From Geosiphon pyriformis uo1 (lineage: Eukaryota; Fungi; Glomeromycota), in contig JAAOMT010000003.1 in the NCBI GenBank assembly GCA_016748015.1, positions 934,373 through 998,372 of the forward strand: a stretch of DNA of 64,000 bases. Direction: 5' to 3'. Below the pieces are notes generated by a model. The model made no database searches, was not told the DNA's origin, and was given only the letters and a program-made list of their open reading frames with translations. Each line of letters starts with the position of its first letter. Position 1 is the stretch's first letter. The translations under genes were made by a program, and so were the position numbers. Shown here in pieces: positions 29,296-43,897 of the stretch.

Positions 29296-30244
29296 TCAAT
29301 AAATAAATCAATCCTTTTCTTTATGATCTATGAAACAAACAAGTGTTTGTTTTTTTCAAACAATGTTTTTTTAAATGAAATTCAAAAAACTTCTGTTACA
29401 CGTTTTAAAAGATAAATATTTATATGAAAATGTTTTTTTTTGCTATTGAATTTTTTTTATATTCAAATAATAAGAACATAATTAAAGATTTACTAATGAG
29501 AAATTAATTAAACAAGAATTTACTCTCCCTCCCTCCCCTCAAAAGCGACGTGAATTGAGATAATTTAAATGTGATTTGTAATCTGACTGAATTAGGTGAA
29601 CAAATTATCATTCAGATTATTCCTTGGTAGAGTGGATTTTTCAAAACCTTTAAACTAATATCCTTGAATTTTTTTTCATTTAATCAAAATTCCCTTTCGC
29701 ATTATATTTAGCCTTTTAATTGAGGAATTAATAATTCTTCATTCCTTTATAACCATTTAAATTTCAAGCGAATTTAATATTAAAAGACTAAATTTGAAAC
29801 CTCAGTGTAAGTTAAATAAAAATTTGGTTTGGGTTTTAACTTCATTTTGAGTAAACAAATTTATACAAAAATACTTTTATTAAGGTTTAAAGGCGAAACT
29901 TCAAGGTAAAATAATATTCGGCTTGGCAAAATTTTTCCGTGAGAACTGGGTAGGTTTAAACATGTCCATTTGGAAGTTTCCTATGGCGAAGATTAATTCC
30001 CAATTTCTTAATTAAATCTAAAGCCGTATAAATTGGAAGATTGGAGGTTTGCTTTTAAAATATATATATATATAATTTTTATTGAAACAAAGTTGTTGTT
30101 ATTATTATCACTACTACTGATATTATACAAAATAACCCCAAAAATGAATACAAATTTATTTTGAAAAAGATGTATTGAAGAAAAATGTTTTTCAGTTAAT
30201 TTAATTTTCAATTTTCAATTTTTCTACTAATCTTTTTAATAAAT

Positions 30245-31075
30245 TCAATCATCCTCCTCAGGATCAACAACAGCCAAAACGAGCTTGCATTCAGTACACT
30301 TGAGAACAGATTCTCTCATGCTATTCGATACGCAAGGGACCCAAAATATTGGCCAGAATATAAAGCATAAAATCAATGAACAAGCGTATGCATGTGTTGT
30401 TGGACGTTTCTTCAGCACAGTCTCGACATGATTTTGACATTTTGGGCAAAATAAAGTGGTTGATTGTGTCGTAACATTCAACGTGTGGCGTGGTAAGGCT
30501 GAATATTCTGGTGGTGGTTCTGAGATCAGAGGCAGATGAGCATCAGAACTGAAATTCATATCACGATAATTGGATTGATGATTGTATGGATCATTTGATC
30601 GTAGAAATCTTGAGGAATTAATTAATGATCTAGAGAAAAATGATCTCGGGTTTCGGTTTTGCCTTGAAGTCCGACTGGTATTTTCAAGAGATTGATATGG
30701 CGGTGGTGGTGGTATGTCAAGATATTCATTGTTTTCAAGTGGCATATTTAATATATAACCTAATGGTAAATCATCCAAATCCGATATTTCGGATTGAGAG
30801 ATCATTGTGTCTTGATTTGTCATTGATTCTGAAGTTGGTAATAATGAAGGTAGAGTACTTTGTTCGTTTTGTATTGATTGATTTTCGGGATTATTATTAG
30901 AAATAATTAAACTTCGATTCGAAGTTGTCGAAGAAGCAAAAGAAGAAGAAAATATTTGTGGATCAGAATTTTCATTCAAATGATGGGATGTGATAAGATT
31001 GTCTTGGTGATTGATTATTGAAGTTGTTGAATCGTAATGATTCAGGTTGGGGAAAAGTGGAGTCTGTTCAAACAT
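30245..31075 (-). CDS. LITAF-domain (LITAF/CDIP1-like) membrane-associated zinc protein
   Basis: PPPPY and PPPEY (PY) motifs. C-terminal CPKC - hydrophobic segment (ACSLILCFIFWPIFWVPC) - CTEC arrangement. Intronless 276 aa. Confidence 0.88.
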   Translation of the reverse strand: MFEQTPLFPNLNHYDSTTSIINHQDNLITSHHLNENSDPQIFSSSFASSTTSNRSLIISNNNPENQSIQNEQSTLPSLLPTSESMTNQDTMISQSEISDLDDLPLGYILNMPLENNEYLDIPPPPPYQSLENTSRTSRQNRNPRSFFSRSLINSSRFLRSNDPYNHQSNYRDMNFSSDAHLPLISEPPPEYSALPRHTLNVTTQSTTLFCPKCQNHVETVLKKRPTTHAYACSLILCFIFWPIFWVPCVSNSMRESVLKCTECKLVLAVVDPEEDD

Positions 31076-31236
31076 TTTTTTAAATAAGAATCAAAAGAGA
31101 TTTTCAATGTCGCCGATTTGTTTAATGTACAATTTCCAAAAGAAATAAAGATACAGTATCTTTGAATAATATTAATGAAAATAATAATGACGATAATAAT
31201 GACGATAATAATGATGATAATAATGATGATGAGGAT

Positions 31237-31272
<36 letters not shown>

Positions 31273-32240
31273 TATTGTTTTGGTTCAATGAAGATGTTAT
31301 ATTTTTTTGATGAAAAAGTTTTCTCTTTTAGACTTTCAGAATTTAGCTATAATAAATTCCTTTAAATAACAATAACAAAACAATAATGATTGAAACCTTC
31401 CCAAGCCTACGAGATTTTGAACACTATTTTATACTTTTTCCTTCGGGTACAAAAAGGTTAACATTATTCTGATAAACAAACAGTTAATCTTGACATATTT
31501 GTAATATTTGTAATCTTATCATCTCGTCGATCAAACTATTCTTGGATTATTCATTCTAAAATCTCTGACTAGTCTCATTATAGATTTATGAAAGAGAAAC
31601 TTTTTAGGTTTTCGTTGATATAACTAATAAAAAAAAATTAAAATTTTCTTAAGAGTTAATATATCGGGAGGAAAATCTATGACAAGAACCCAAGTAAATC
31701 TTGAGAGTTTGTATTTTTTTCATTGTTATTTTGATTTACCATTTTTTAATCAGTTATTTCATTTCACCGAATTGATAACCAAAAACATGATCACACCTTC
31801 ATCGATCGTACCTTTGATTTTCGGATTAAATCAAGTTAAATTTACAATTGATTCCAATCATAATCATCCGGAGTTTTTGTGAGTTGAAAAGATGCAAGTT
31901 TAAATTGGTGGAATGAATCCCAATAGTAAAGCTTCCAAGGGAATATCTTTTTTAAAATATGCTGTACTAATTCTTGGAAATTTTTGTAGATTGTTTCCTT
32001 CTTTGATTTTCATGTCAAACGGAATTACGGGGGACAATGTTACATGATGTAAATGAAAACGGGAAGAGAAGCTATTTTGAAACCTAGAATTTTCCTAAAC
32101 AGTTTCAATTGTTAATTTCCAAATCTGGTGAACTCTTTCGAAAATCAAAACATTACAAGTTGTGAATAACGGTTTAAATTTCCAAAAAGGATTCTTAAAT
32201 ATTTAGTGAAACTTTTATTATAATTATTATAATTATTATA

Positions 32241-32285
<45 letters not shown>

Positions 32286-35200
32286 TGTTTTTTTTGAGAA
32301 ATTTGAATGAAAACTTAAACCTTATCCGAAAAACGTTTACAAAGCCTATTTCGAAAATGGATTTCATTGTTCAACCAAAATTTCATTTTTGGTGCTTTTA
32401 ATGAAAAAGGGAAGAAGTAGATTAGTTTTACTTTGGATAAAATATAACAATAGCTTTCAAAGTTGAAACATTAATTTTTTTAAAGTATTTTTCCTTTTTG
32501 AATTTTTCTTTATAGATGTAATTAGTTAACCTTCTCACGAAACTCCATCTAGAAATTTTATTTGAGAAATTAAACTTTAGACCGATCGACCACCGACAAG
32601 GACGTCACTTTTCAAATTTTTATTTTTTTCTCAAAATGATCATGGTATCTAAACATTAAAAATTAAAATCTTTTTAAAGGGGGTATTTTGGCGAATTACG
32701 GTATTGTGATGAAGTTAATAATTTTTTCAGGGGGGGGGGGGGGGGGGGTTGTATAAAGAATGACATTTGTTCAAGTGAGAAAATGGGGCATACTTTTTAC
32801 ACTCCTTATTCTCGCACGCGAATTTATTTTGCTAACTTTTGCCACAATACTCTATTCGTCACAATATCGTAATTCGCCCTTTTACCTTATATAAAAAATA
32901 AAATAACGATTACTTTTGATTTGTCATATTTATCTTAAATTGATTTGATTTAACTTGATTTGATTTGATTTATCCTTTTAAACATTTCACACAATTAATA
33001 AACTATAAATGATTGTAGCCTAAGCTTTACCTTTTAAATTCTTTTTACCATCCCCATACAATCGAATCATAATATTGATACTCAAAAAACCTGAACATTC
33101 AATTCAATTTTTTGAAAATCTAAATTAGCGATTCAAATCTTTTTGGGAATATTTTTTATTTTGTTGCATTTTTATGATTACCCTTATTCGATATCATAAA
33201 AGAATTACTCTACCTTTTTATAGAGGATGAAATTTTAAAACCTTAATTTTTATCAAACCCCCTAACAAATCATTTTTCAAACCAAACCGTCTTTTGAATG
33301 CAAAATTATATATCCACCATTTTACCATAAATGATCCATATTCAAACTTTTTTTTGATATCTACGAATGGAAAGGTTTCAAAAGATTATTTGTTTTTAAA
33401 AATGTGTTTGGGGCGTAAGATTTTTCTAATCAAGCATGAAATTTATTCTATATTCATTTTACTTTATTAAATTTTTGTCAAAAAGTTTTGAGATTTTTAC
33501 TTGAAAAAGAAAAAAAGAAAAAAAAAGTAATTCCAAGATATTCAAGCTTTTATTCTTTATAATCCAGATAGAGGGTTAAATGTATTGAAATTTTTGTTTC
33601 TTTGATCAAATCTGAACTCATGAAATAATCTTGTTTGAGTCTATTCAATATTTCAAAGTTAATTAAAGTTTGAAATTTATTAAAAAAAATTTCTTTAGTT
33701 CTTGGAAAGAATAATTTTTCTATTTGAAATAAACCAATTTATAATATGAAAGCAATTGAAAAGATTGAAAAAAAAAAGTTTTGGTTTCGACCACGCTCCA
33801 ATTTTCTCTAAATAGTACCTCTTAAAATTCAGGTCGATTTATCCCTCCATTGGTTTGCTGATTCTAACACACTGAAAAATTCTCAGCGCAAGATGGCTTT
33901 GTTGTTTCTTGGATCCCCCAACTAGACATGAATGTTTATTCCTAAATTTAGATTGTTCGTAATAACCTTGACGTAATAGGAAGATCTTTATTTTCTGATT
34001 CATTCTCGTATTCAGTATACATAGTAACAAATCTCTGCATTTCTTTGTTATATTTTCGTGAAAAAGGCTATAACTTTTGTATTAAATAAAAGTATAATAC
34101 AGCGAAAATTAAAAAGCTATTCATAGAAATAATGGTTAGAAATTATTTCCAATAGAGGTAAAACTTTTCTCGTGAGTCGATATATTCTATCAACAAGAAG
34201 GAGAATGGGAATTTCATTATTAGAAATAAACATCCAAACATCTTTTGATGTAAAAAATTTAATGAAACACAATTCTAAATAAGTTTTTACATGTTTTTCT
34301 TTCAAATCTAGGTTCTTGGGGAGGGGAGTGGGCTGGGTTACAAAGTACAAAAAATGGAACATCCATGACGAAAGACTAATTTTAAGCTACCAAAATTTTG
34401 TTTTTCTAGTCTAGAAAAGCTTTTGGACAAGAAACTTATTATTGAATATCTATGCTAAATTTTATAATTTCTCATTTTTAAAGTACATGTACATGTACAA
34501 TAAAGCTTTTCTCAATCAATGTCCCACCCAGTAAAGAATTGTATATATAACTTTTAGAATGAATTAAATTTCTAATTTTAATAAGAACATTTTTTCGATT
34601 TTTGTAACTTGAAAATCTAATTAAATCTCTTTATTCACCTTTTAACTTCTTTTATTATATTTTAATTCAAAATATTCAAATCTCCTTCTGATAGAACTCT
34701 TTTTATTTTTATTTTTTACAATATATGTATTATATAAATCGTGTATCTTTGATCGAAGATCTTTGTGGCTATAAATGTTCATACGGAAAGTTTTTTTTTT
34801 AACCTTCTAAAAAATGAATGGTAAATCAAAACTTGATCGTGAAAGAGAATAAAAATTGGATCAGATTCCAAGATCTTTGAATATTTTCGATTTCAAAAGC
34901 CTCAATTATAGAATAAAATTTACGTTGATCAAATTCAATATGCTTTTGATTCACAATTTTCAGAGTGTTTTAATATAAATTTAATTATTACTTGTATTAA
35001 AATGACATTTCATCTGGTTTTTCAAAAACAAGAGAACAAAAAATTAAGTTATGATTTTAAAGAGTATTGAAATAATTCAAGATCCTTTAGATGATTTTTT
35101 TTAAATGATTTACATAAATTAAATTTTTTTTATCAATATCATTAATTGAACAGAAATTCCAAGAAAATAAACAAACTCAATATATATAAAAATATTTGAG

Positions 35201-36141
35201 CAAAATTAATTAAATTAAATATTATTGATTATCAACATAATGTCTACGGCTCTTTTTTTTTAAAAAAAAAAACACTTTTCATACAAAATATTTTTTCGAT
35301 AATTGAGCACATCGATTGAAATTAAACCTTTCAAAAGAATCATAAATTTTTATTAATATCGATTCCCACAAATATTACAAAGGATTATGAGGATCAAAAA
35401 AAAGCTAACCTATATAGATCATTGAATCGAAAATTATTTCAGTTTCGATTTGTACCAGAAAGATTCTTATTTGACAAAGAACTTCGTTTGTCTCATAATC
35501 GAACTTTGAAATATAAATTTTTGATAATTTTCGCCAATTTTGTTTTTTTGGAAAAATCCTTGGTTCGAGAGTATTCATTAAAGGGATCCCCATTTTTTTT
35601 TTTATAAAAGTTCGAACTTGGACCAATCTACAGAAATTTTAATTAATCCAAGTTTCCAAATATCAAATTTAGAATTCTAATGTATTCTAAAAAAATTAAG
35701 AATATATAATCAACAATAATTGGAACAAGTGAAGGCTTAAAATATCAAAACTTTCCTAAACCATAAAATATTTAAAACTTTACAAAAAAAATTTACTTGC
35801 TCATTCACATCAAAAATCTTCAAAGTAAAAAAATTTCCCACAACACTTTTTTTTTGTTGTTGATTAATTTCTTTAAATAACAAAGGACCTAAAGATTATT
35901 TGGTAAATATAACATATTATTCGTTTTTAAATCATGCATCAATTATGAACCACATGTGTTCACTTAAATCAAATGTACCCCGTTTTAGGAATTTGTATGC
36001 AAGCTATTTTTGAATCCAAACAGAACTTTCAAGGTTTTCTTATTTTATATAAACTTTATTCATTGAGTTCAAACTTTGGCGTTTTATATATCTGTTAGTT
36101 ACTACAATTCTCCAGAAAATCTGGAGAAATAAAATTTGAAA

Positions 36142-38257
36142 ATGAGTTTCTTTTCGAAACGCTGGAGTAATTTTAAATGGCAGTATGATCTCATTTCCAA
36201 TTTGTCTCCCAAGCTAGAAAGGTATGCTGTTTATCTTGGTAAACTTTAGTTCATACTTTATATATATATTGAATTCTGAATCTTTTTTTTCTTAAAAATT
36301 TATTGCAAAAGTTTAGGGGGAATACAAAATTCAGATCCCAGTAAAATTCACCTTGAAGATTTGGGTAAAGAAAGCTTACTCGCTGATTGTCACTGTACTC
36401 CTGGAACTTCTGAGAACTCCTCAGATTATGATGATGAAATAAAAGACTTTGATAACTTAAGAAGGATTAAAGACGATATTCCACCAGGTTATTATCATAT
36501 TTTCACTAAAGTTTGATTTTACTCGAAAAATGTTGACAAACTTTTTCAAATTAAAGCTGCTTGGCTTATTGTTTTGTGCGAGCTTTGTGAACGATTCACA
36601 TTCTATGGAGTATCTGGTCCATTCCAAAATTACATCCAATTCCCACCTCCCAAAGAAAAAGGTGACCAGCCGGGAGCACTAGGCCAAGGGCAAAGAGTTG
36701 CCACAGCATTATCATGTTTTTTCGCATTCTTTTGCTACATTACCCCTATCCTTGGGGCCGTAATCGCTGACAAGTATATCGGGAAATATCGAACAATTTT
36801 GATTTTCAGTTGCATTTATATGACTGGCCTCTCTATATTGATCTTGACCGCCACTCCATTAGCAATGGCAGCAAACGCTTCACTACCAGGATTAATTCTA
36901 GCAATGATTATAATCGGATTTGGCACAGGTGGTATAAAATCAAATGTCTCGGCCATGGTAGCCGAACAATATCCGCACAAGAAGCCATTTGTAAAAACTT
37001 TGGAAACTGGGGAAAAGGTTATCATTGATCCGAAATTGACGGTTCAGAGTATTTTTCATTGGTTCTATGTTGCGATTAACATTGGAGCTTTGTCACCGAT
37101 TATCACCACAAATTTAGAGAAATATCATTCTTTTTGGTTGGCTTTCTTGATACCCTTCCTGATGTTCGCCTTTGCAATTTCGATTTTTTTCTCGGGTCGA
37201 CGAAAATATATCAAAAAACCTCCAGATGGATCAATTATTTTTGATGCGTTTCGAGCTCTTAAAATAGCATTTTTCAATGGTCGAAATTTAGATCACGCGA
37301 GTCCTTCAAAAATGTCTCCATATCAATTGCATAAATACCGTGTGACATGGGATGATAAGTTCGTCGGGGAATTACGATCAGTCTTACAAGCTTGCAGTGT
37401 CTTTATTTTCTTTCCAATTTTTTCGGTCGTGTGTGGTCAATCACACACAAACCTAATCTCACAAGGAGCCACGATGAGAACCGGCTTTCTTCCAAATGAT
37501 ATTATGAATAATATTAATCCAGTCACGCTCATAATTTTTATTCCAATCCTTGATAAATGGATTTATCCAGCAATGAGAAGAAATGGAATCAAATTGAGAC
37601 CCGTCACTCGGGTATCTATTGGCTTTATGTTTGCAGCCAGTTCCATGCTATACAGTGCTATTATCCAGTGGCAGATTTATAATACTGGGCCTTGCTATGA
37701 AAATACAAGGTGTATCGTGGATGGAAAGCCTGTTCCAAATGATATTAGTATTTGGTGGCAGGCCCCAATTTATATTCTTATAGCTATTTCCGAGGGTGAG
37801 AATTCTCAGAATTCAATTTTCAGAGTTTGTAATTTATCCAATGAAAGCTTTAAAAATATTTATTAAAATCTTTCAAAATTTCTATTTAGCCTTCACCTGT
37901 ATTACTTGCATAGAGTACGCTTTTCAAAAGGTAACATCCCCTCATCACAAATTTGAAATGATTAACAGATCAATTTTAATGGCTTTTTCCCTATTTGATA
38001 ATTGAAATTAGGCCCCAGCATCAATGAAATCGATCGCAACGTCATCATATCTAGGAATGTCGGGGATTGGTGCAGCTCTTGGACTTTTAGTTGTCCCATT
38101 TTCAAAAGATCCTTACTCGATTTACATCTACATTGTTTTGGGCAATGCTACGTTTATCGCCGGGTTCGTTTTACTATATTTGTTTCGAGATTATGATCGA
38201 AAGGATAATGACATTGTTCAGGAACCAGAGACAAAGGAACGAGAATCTGAAGAATAA
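36142..38257 (+). CDS. PTR2: POT/PTR family di-/tripeptide transporter, 5 exons, ~593 aa
   Basis: Exons 36142-36221, 36312-36487, 36557-37795, 37890-37930, 38012-38257 (1782 nt). Motifs ELCERFTFYG (ExxERFxYYG), GAVIADKYIGKYRTI, GTGGIKSNVS, FYVAINIGA, EYAFQKAPASMKS. Confidence 0.95.
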
Positions 38258-38801
38258 TACAATTTTTATAGATAGAGGAAATTTGACAAAATACTGTGAA
38301 TTTAGGGTTTCTTTTATTTCTAGTTTTGTAAAGTTAATTGAATTATAGAGGTGTGCAAGTCATGAAGAACAATCACCAACTTGAGAAAATTTATAAAGTT
38401 ACTTTTGAAATTAAGCACAATTTAAACATCTAGTCTATATTTAAAAGTATAGTAAAACGATACTTTAGTTCTTTACGACACCTAGCCAAAAGAAACTTCT
38501 TTAAAAAATAATTAAAAAGCATTTCAAATAGATAAATTAAGATTTTTTTTTGTTAAAAGTTTAATTTTGTGTAAAATTTTTTGATAAATAAGAAAAGGAA
38601 CAAATTTAATTTTAGTTTTGAATTTATTAATTTTTATGCTAATTATTATTATAATTTCTCAGAATTAAATTATTTAAAACAATAAACCATATTTCATTTA
38701 TTAAAATTTGGCTATTCAGTTGATATATTTGTTTTTTACAAATTAGATTTTTTTTTAAAAAAAATCACAAAGTCAAACTTTTGGTCAACTAAAAAACTCA
38801 A

Positions 38802-38851
<50 letters not shown>

Positions 38852-40322
38852 AGCTAATATTTAATGCTTATTTACATAATTTGTAAATATAAAATAGATG
38901 ATAAAATAAAAAATATGATATAAAACTTTAAGAAATTGTTAAATTAATGTTTAAAAAATTATAAAAAATAAATATTAAATATTACTGAATTTTTTTTTGA
39001 ATATTTTATTTAAAAAAATTATTTATTTAATAATAACTTGAAATATTTCAAATATTAAAATTATTTATTTAAATTCTATTATATTATCAGTAATAAAATT
39101 TAAATATAAATAAACTTATACCAAATATTAATATATAAATTAAACTTGAAAAAACAAATTTAATACAAGATAATAAAAAGTAAAGCGAAAAAACAAGATT
39201 TAAAAAAATTCATAATTGATTTAATAAATTTATATCTAATAAATTTAACAAATAATAATATTTAAAACTTTTAAATATTATACTAATGCATTAAAATAAA
39301 TTTTGAAAATAAACTTATTCTTAAAAGTATTTATTTAATTTGTTAAATTTCAACCCAAAATATTTTTTTATTATTAAAATCAAAAAATTAAATATTTTAG
39401 ATAACTCGGAAGGCAAATAAGTAAAAGCAACAAAATAATTTGGCTTATGTTTAAAAATCGTGTAAAATTAAAATTTCCAAAACAATTGTATATTTGAATT
39501 AAAGGGTCAAAATTATTATGAATCTTTGAATTGAACTTCTAAATCTATTTAGACTAGGCACAGCACTTTGAAATCTACGTAGCATTGAAACCATGTATCA
39601 TCAATGATCCTGGTTAAGAGTAAAAGCTCTCAAAAAACATCACTCAAGCAACGCCAGAAAATTTATATATAAAAATTTATTTAATTACTGAAAATAATAT
39701 TTGTGAAAGCCTTGTTAGAGATATTGATAAAAATGATCATCAAAGGTAATTAGGGGCCAAGATAAAAAATTTAAAAGTTATTATCTGAAAAGAGGAAAGA
39801 AGCTGTTGCTAATCTGTGTGAATAAAAGGTTCAGATCTATAATTGAGAAAATGTGAAACATCAAAAGGAATTTTGTAACTACTGAGTATTCTACAAGAAC
39901 GGCAGAGATTGTGGGAAGCAACCGGTTATAACTTCCAACCTATGTTTCGTACAAAGCTTCTTTACTTGTGTAGAAAAGCAAATGCTGGGTAACACATGGT
40001 TTTCTCTTGTTTCGCAACGGAAGTGAGTAAGTTCTCGACCAACCAGGATGTTGAAAAACCTGATCAGGCTGGCAATTACTTCCAGCTATAGCCGACTTCA
40101 GAGCAAACATGAATGTCTCAGCGAAAACTCTAGGTTTCAATGAGATTGTAGCGGAATGATTGTCAGTAATTTAAAATTTTATAAATCAGGGGAAACAAAT
40201 ATCAATTAACTTACCAAAAAGTTATGCCCAATCAGCACTTCGCAACCATGAAATTGATTGCTAATGATGAAAAAGCTACTGGAATATGCCCATAAAAATC
40301 TTATGTTTCACAATAAACAGGG

Positions 40323-43300
40323 TCATACTAAGTCCTTGAAATCCTGAACTCCTATAACATAGACGTTCTGGATATGTGCTTTAATTCGTAGGTTTCGATC
40401 ATTTGTCAAAAGCACCACTGGCTCCTTTTGGGTGCCGGTGCCATCTTGGTTGATTTTTTCTTGTCGATTCTCTGCATGCCATATACAGATCCCCAATATT
40501 ATATCGTCAAGATTCTTCTTTTTATCTTCTCCATCTCCAAAATCAAATTCTTCGTTAAAGCAAATATCTGTTAAGTAATTCCCTTTGCCAGTTTGTACTT
40601 TTAACTTCAGGGCTCTATTTTCACGTGACATAGCTTGCTCTAAATAAGTTATTGCCTCTCTGGCAGCCGTTCCAAGTGGTGGCGGATTTAGTCTGAGTCC
40701 GTCTAACTCAGTGACAACTTGAAGAGAGAATCCGGTTAGCTGTCTCTTTAAACGATGATTATAAATTACATAACCTTTTAAATAACATAGTCACCAGCCA
40801 TTGGTACAACCACCATCCATTTTTCGCATTGTATTATTTTCTTCACCATGCTTAGATCTGCGACCATACAATTTGTATCAATAACAAGTGTAGTGTATCC
40901 AGGAGATATTATGGATAGCATGGAAACCGGTTTTTTGATAAAGGGCGGCGGCTGTACTTTATGTATACTGGTTGAAAGCCTTGGTGGATTTTTAACGCGG
41001 AATCCATTGCTTCTGGCGGCTACTAAGGCTTCCAATTTCAAGCGACGCTCCTAAAAATAATCAGTTCGGTTGTTTGATGATTTATTATCATCTCAAAATA
41101 ATTAGATTTAAAATTTTACCTTCAATTCGGCTATACTACCAGAAGCTGGGTCATCAAACCAATTATCTTCAGCTGCTTCGACTTCATCAGCCCAACTGAA
41201 GCGCTTCGATTCCTTATTCTCATCCTCAAGCGGTAAACCAATCTCAGGATTGAAAGACTCTTCTGTTACACTTGAATCCGTTCCAATATCCAAATATAGA
41301 GATGACGTAAACGCTTCTTCACAAAATTGGAACCCGTCGATTTTCTGCAAATTTTTGTAGGAATAAGAGCTATGTGAAAATTTTACAAAAACTTCCCCAA
41401 AAATGTTACCTTAGTTAGCATGATTCCAAGTTCAAACACCCTGGCTCGCCGGCGAATTTTAGAATCTTGATCTAGATTCAATACATTTTTCTGTGCAACA
41501 CTCTTTAACATTCTTTCAATATCAAGATCATGTGAAGTGTCGAATAGATCCATTTTATCGTCAAAAAGGTTGAAATGATGCAAGTTTCGTAACCACGAAA
41601 TTCCACGTAATTCCCAATCTTCAGCTAAGGGTGGAGGAAGAAGAGCACTATCGGAGGCGATAATTTCTTGTTTTGTAATGGGAGAAACTTGACGGGCAAT
41701 TCGGGTCATAAACTGGGAAAGAGTAATCCAGAAGTTAGGAGATACTTTTTTCCCGACTAATTGTTCCCAAATGCTGGGATTTGATCCGTTGCCGAAATTA
41801 TCAAAGGTGGGACTAGCGAGCATCCATAGTAAAATAACTTCGCAGTAGAGAAGCCAACCTTCCGTATTATCGTTGTCTCTAGCATCAATAACATATTTGG
41901 TCATAAAATGTTTCATAAGTTCAAAAGTAACAATGGCCCCTTTTGAAAATGCATAATCTACATCGGGTGCTAGAGAATTCTTCTGCAAGTCTTGATTTTG
42001 GCGTTCAATGGCCGTAATAAGAGATCCATCTCTACTGCCGTAGCAATACAAGCTTGACAAGTTGATAACAGCCATTTGCAAATAAAATTCTAGTCTGCGA
42101 GATTCATCTGTCTTATCATTAACCTGGAAATTTTGTCCTTTACAAGTTTTTTCAATTAGAACACGCAAGGTATCTTCAAAGTGATCGAGTCCGATCTTGG
42201 TGAAAAGCATTCCGTGCAATCTAACGAAGAGAGCCTGAACGTCTTGATTTTCCAAAGCTTCTGGTCCCTTAGTCGAGCGGGAAGGGGATAAATTTTCCCT
42301 TTGATGCAAATAACTACGACGAGTCTTTTGCTTTCCATTATTGGGTATGAGAGCGAAGCGTTGACGATTCGCCTCAAAAAATGGTATCGCAGATTCACGA
42401 GCACTGATAAACGGAGTTTTAACTACAAGGCTGTGTTTTCAAAAATATATAAAGTTAATTCGAATTTTATCAAGTATATTACAAAATTGTGATTGAACTT
42501 CAATTACCTGCGGCAGAAATAATATAATTTTTTCATCTCGTCATTGGTAGCCAAAATGGCAAGGTGATGATAAAATTTACCTAAAGGGAAAACATCAATT
42601 AAATTTATAATTGATAATCCGCTTAACAAAATCAGATAAGTCTAGGCAATCGATACCATTTGTCGGAATCAACCTTATTCCTAATTTATACCATAGTGAG
42701 GCATTTAAAGCCCAATAATCTGGGCCCATATTTTGATTGTGGAAGCCATGTGTCCACTGATACCGACTGATATCACCTATAAACCCCACACAGCGGAACC
42801 ATTTTGGAAGTGTGGATTTTTCTTTAGATTGAGCAAGAGACATAGTGTCTTTGGCAATTTGTTTCAGCAAATTTTTGAAAAAACTTTCGGATTTGTCTAA
42901 GAATTTGCCAAATTCGGCAAAGACAATTAAGCCGGAAGAATCACGATTTCCTGATCGAAGGCGCTCCACTGCGAGAGCATGCCTGAACTCTTCAATTAGA
43001 GTGTAAAAGGCGAACTTCCAGCATCTCGTTTCAATCTCTTGTTTTGCTGCAGCTGTGTAATCCAGGTGCAAATACTCTGCATACCTTTGACCCAATCTAC
43101 AAGGCGACATTTACTATTAAAATATTCGTAATATATTGAATTTTAAGATAAGTGATATTAAATAGGTACCGAAAATGAAAAGCTGTCCTTTCTTGCCAAT
43201 ATTCTTCGTTGTTATGATTTTGTGAGGGAGCTGTTATTCTAGGAACCTCTTCAATTGTATTGACCTGGTTTGAAAGATCATGAAGCTGCTTCTCCATTAG

Positions 43301-43897
43301 AGCAATTTCTTTCAAAAGAATTTTCGCCGATTTCGCATCTCTTTCCTCTTTAGTCAAAGGTTTGCGAACGTCTATATGATGCTCTAAATGATTATTTTTA
43401 ATCTCGTAGGCACTTTTGGTTCGCATATGAGTAGGATTACGCTTTACTTGATCTTGATTAACAGATTGTTGCAAATTACGCTGTACTTCATCTGCATAAG
43501 GATCAAATAATTTTCGGCCTGCACCTGCATGGATGCTGGCACGTCGAGTTGAAGTGTGAGAGTCGCTAGGAAGGACAGTATGGGGCATAGCAGCTTTGAC
43601 TTTGAGATTAATACTATCAAGAGTTACGTTTTGCTTAGGAATCATAATAATCGGGTCACGATCGGGATTGTAAAGACGACGAGTAGGAGGCGGGGCGTCG
43701 CGTTTAAATTCATGCATATCATTTAATTTTGTCATTTTTGCTTGAACACCATCGCTGGCTTTCCATGGCTTTCGAGGAGCTTGGAAATCTCCTTTACCAA
43801 TTCCTTCTAATGCTTCAGGAGAAACTGCTTGCACACGTTCAGGTTTACGGTGCTTTCTTCGTCCGTAATTGCCTTTGGAAATGCGTTCGACTTGCAT
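40323..43897 (-). CDS. SMG6/EST1-like nonsense-mediated decay factor: disordered N-terminus, EST1/TPR-like domain, C-terminal PIN endonuclease; multi-exon
   Basis: ATG 43897. EST1-like ETRCWKFAFYTLIE, IGDISRY, PTNG..YHHLAIL, FVRLHGMLFTKIGLD, LAEDWELRG. PIN motifs LVIDTNC, VPMA|VVTELDGL, NLDDIIL, LLTNDRNLRIKA. Introns located at 43169-43097 and 40794-40718; others approximate. Confidence 0.9.

Noticed and set aside
39840-40300. Moderately GC-rich stretch with short ORFs downstream of the SMG6-like gene
   Set aside because: No recognisable motif or consistent exon chain; may be 3' UTR.
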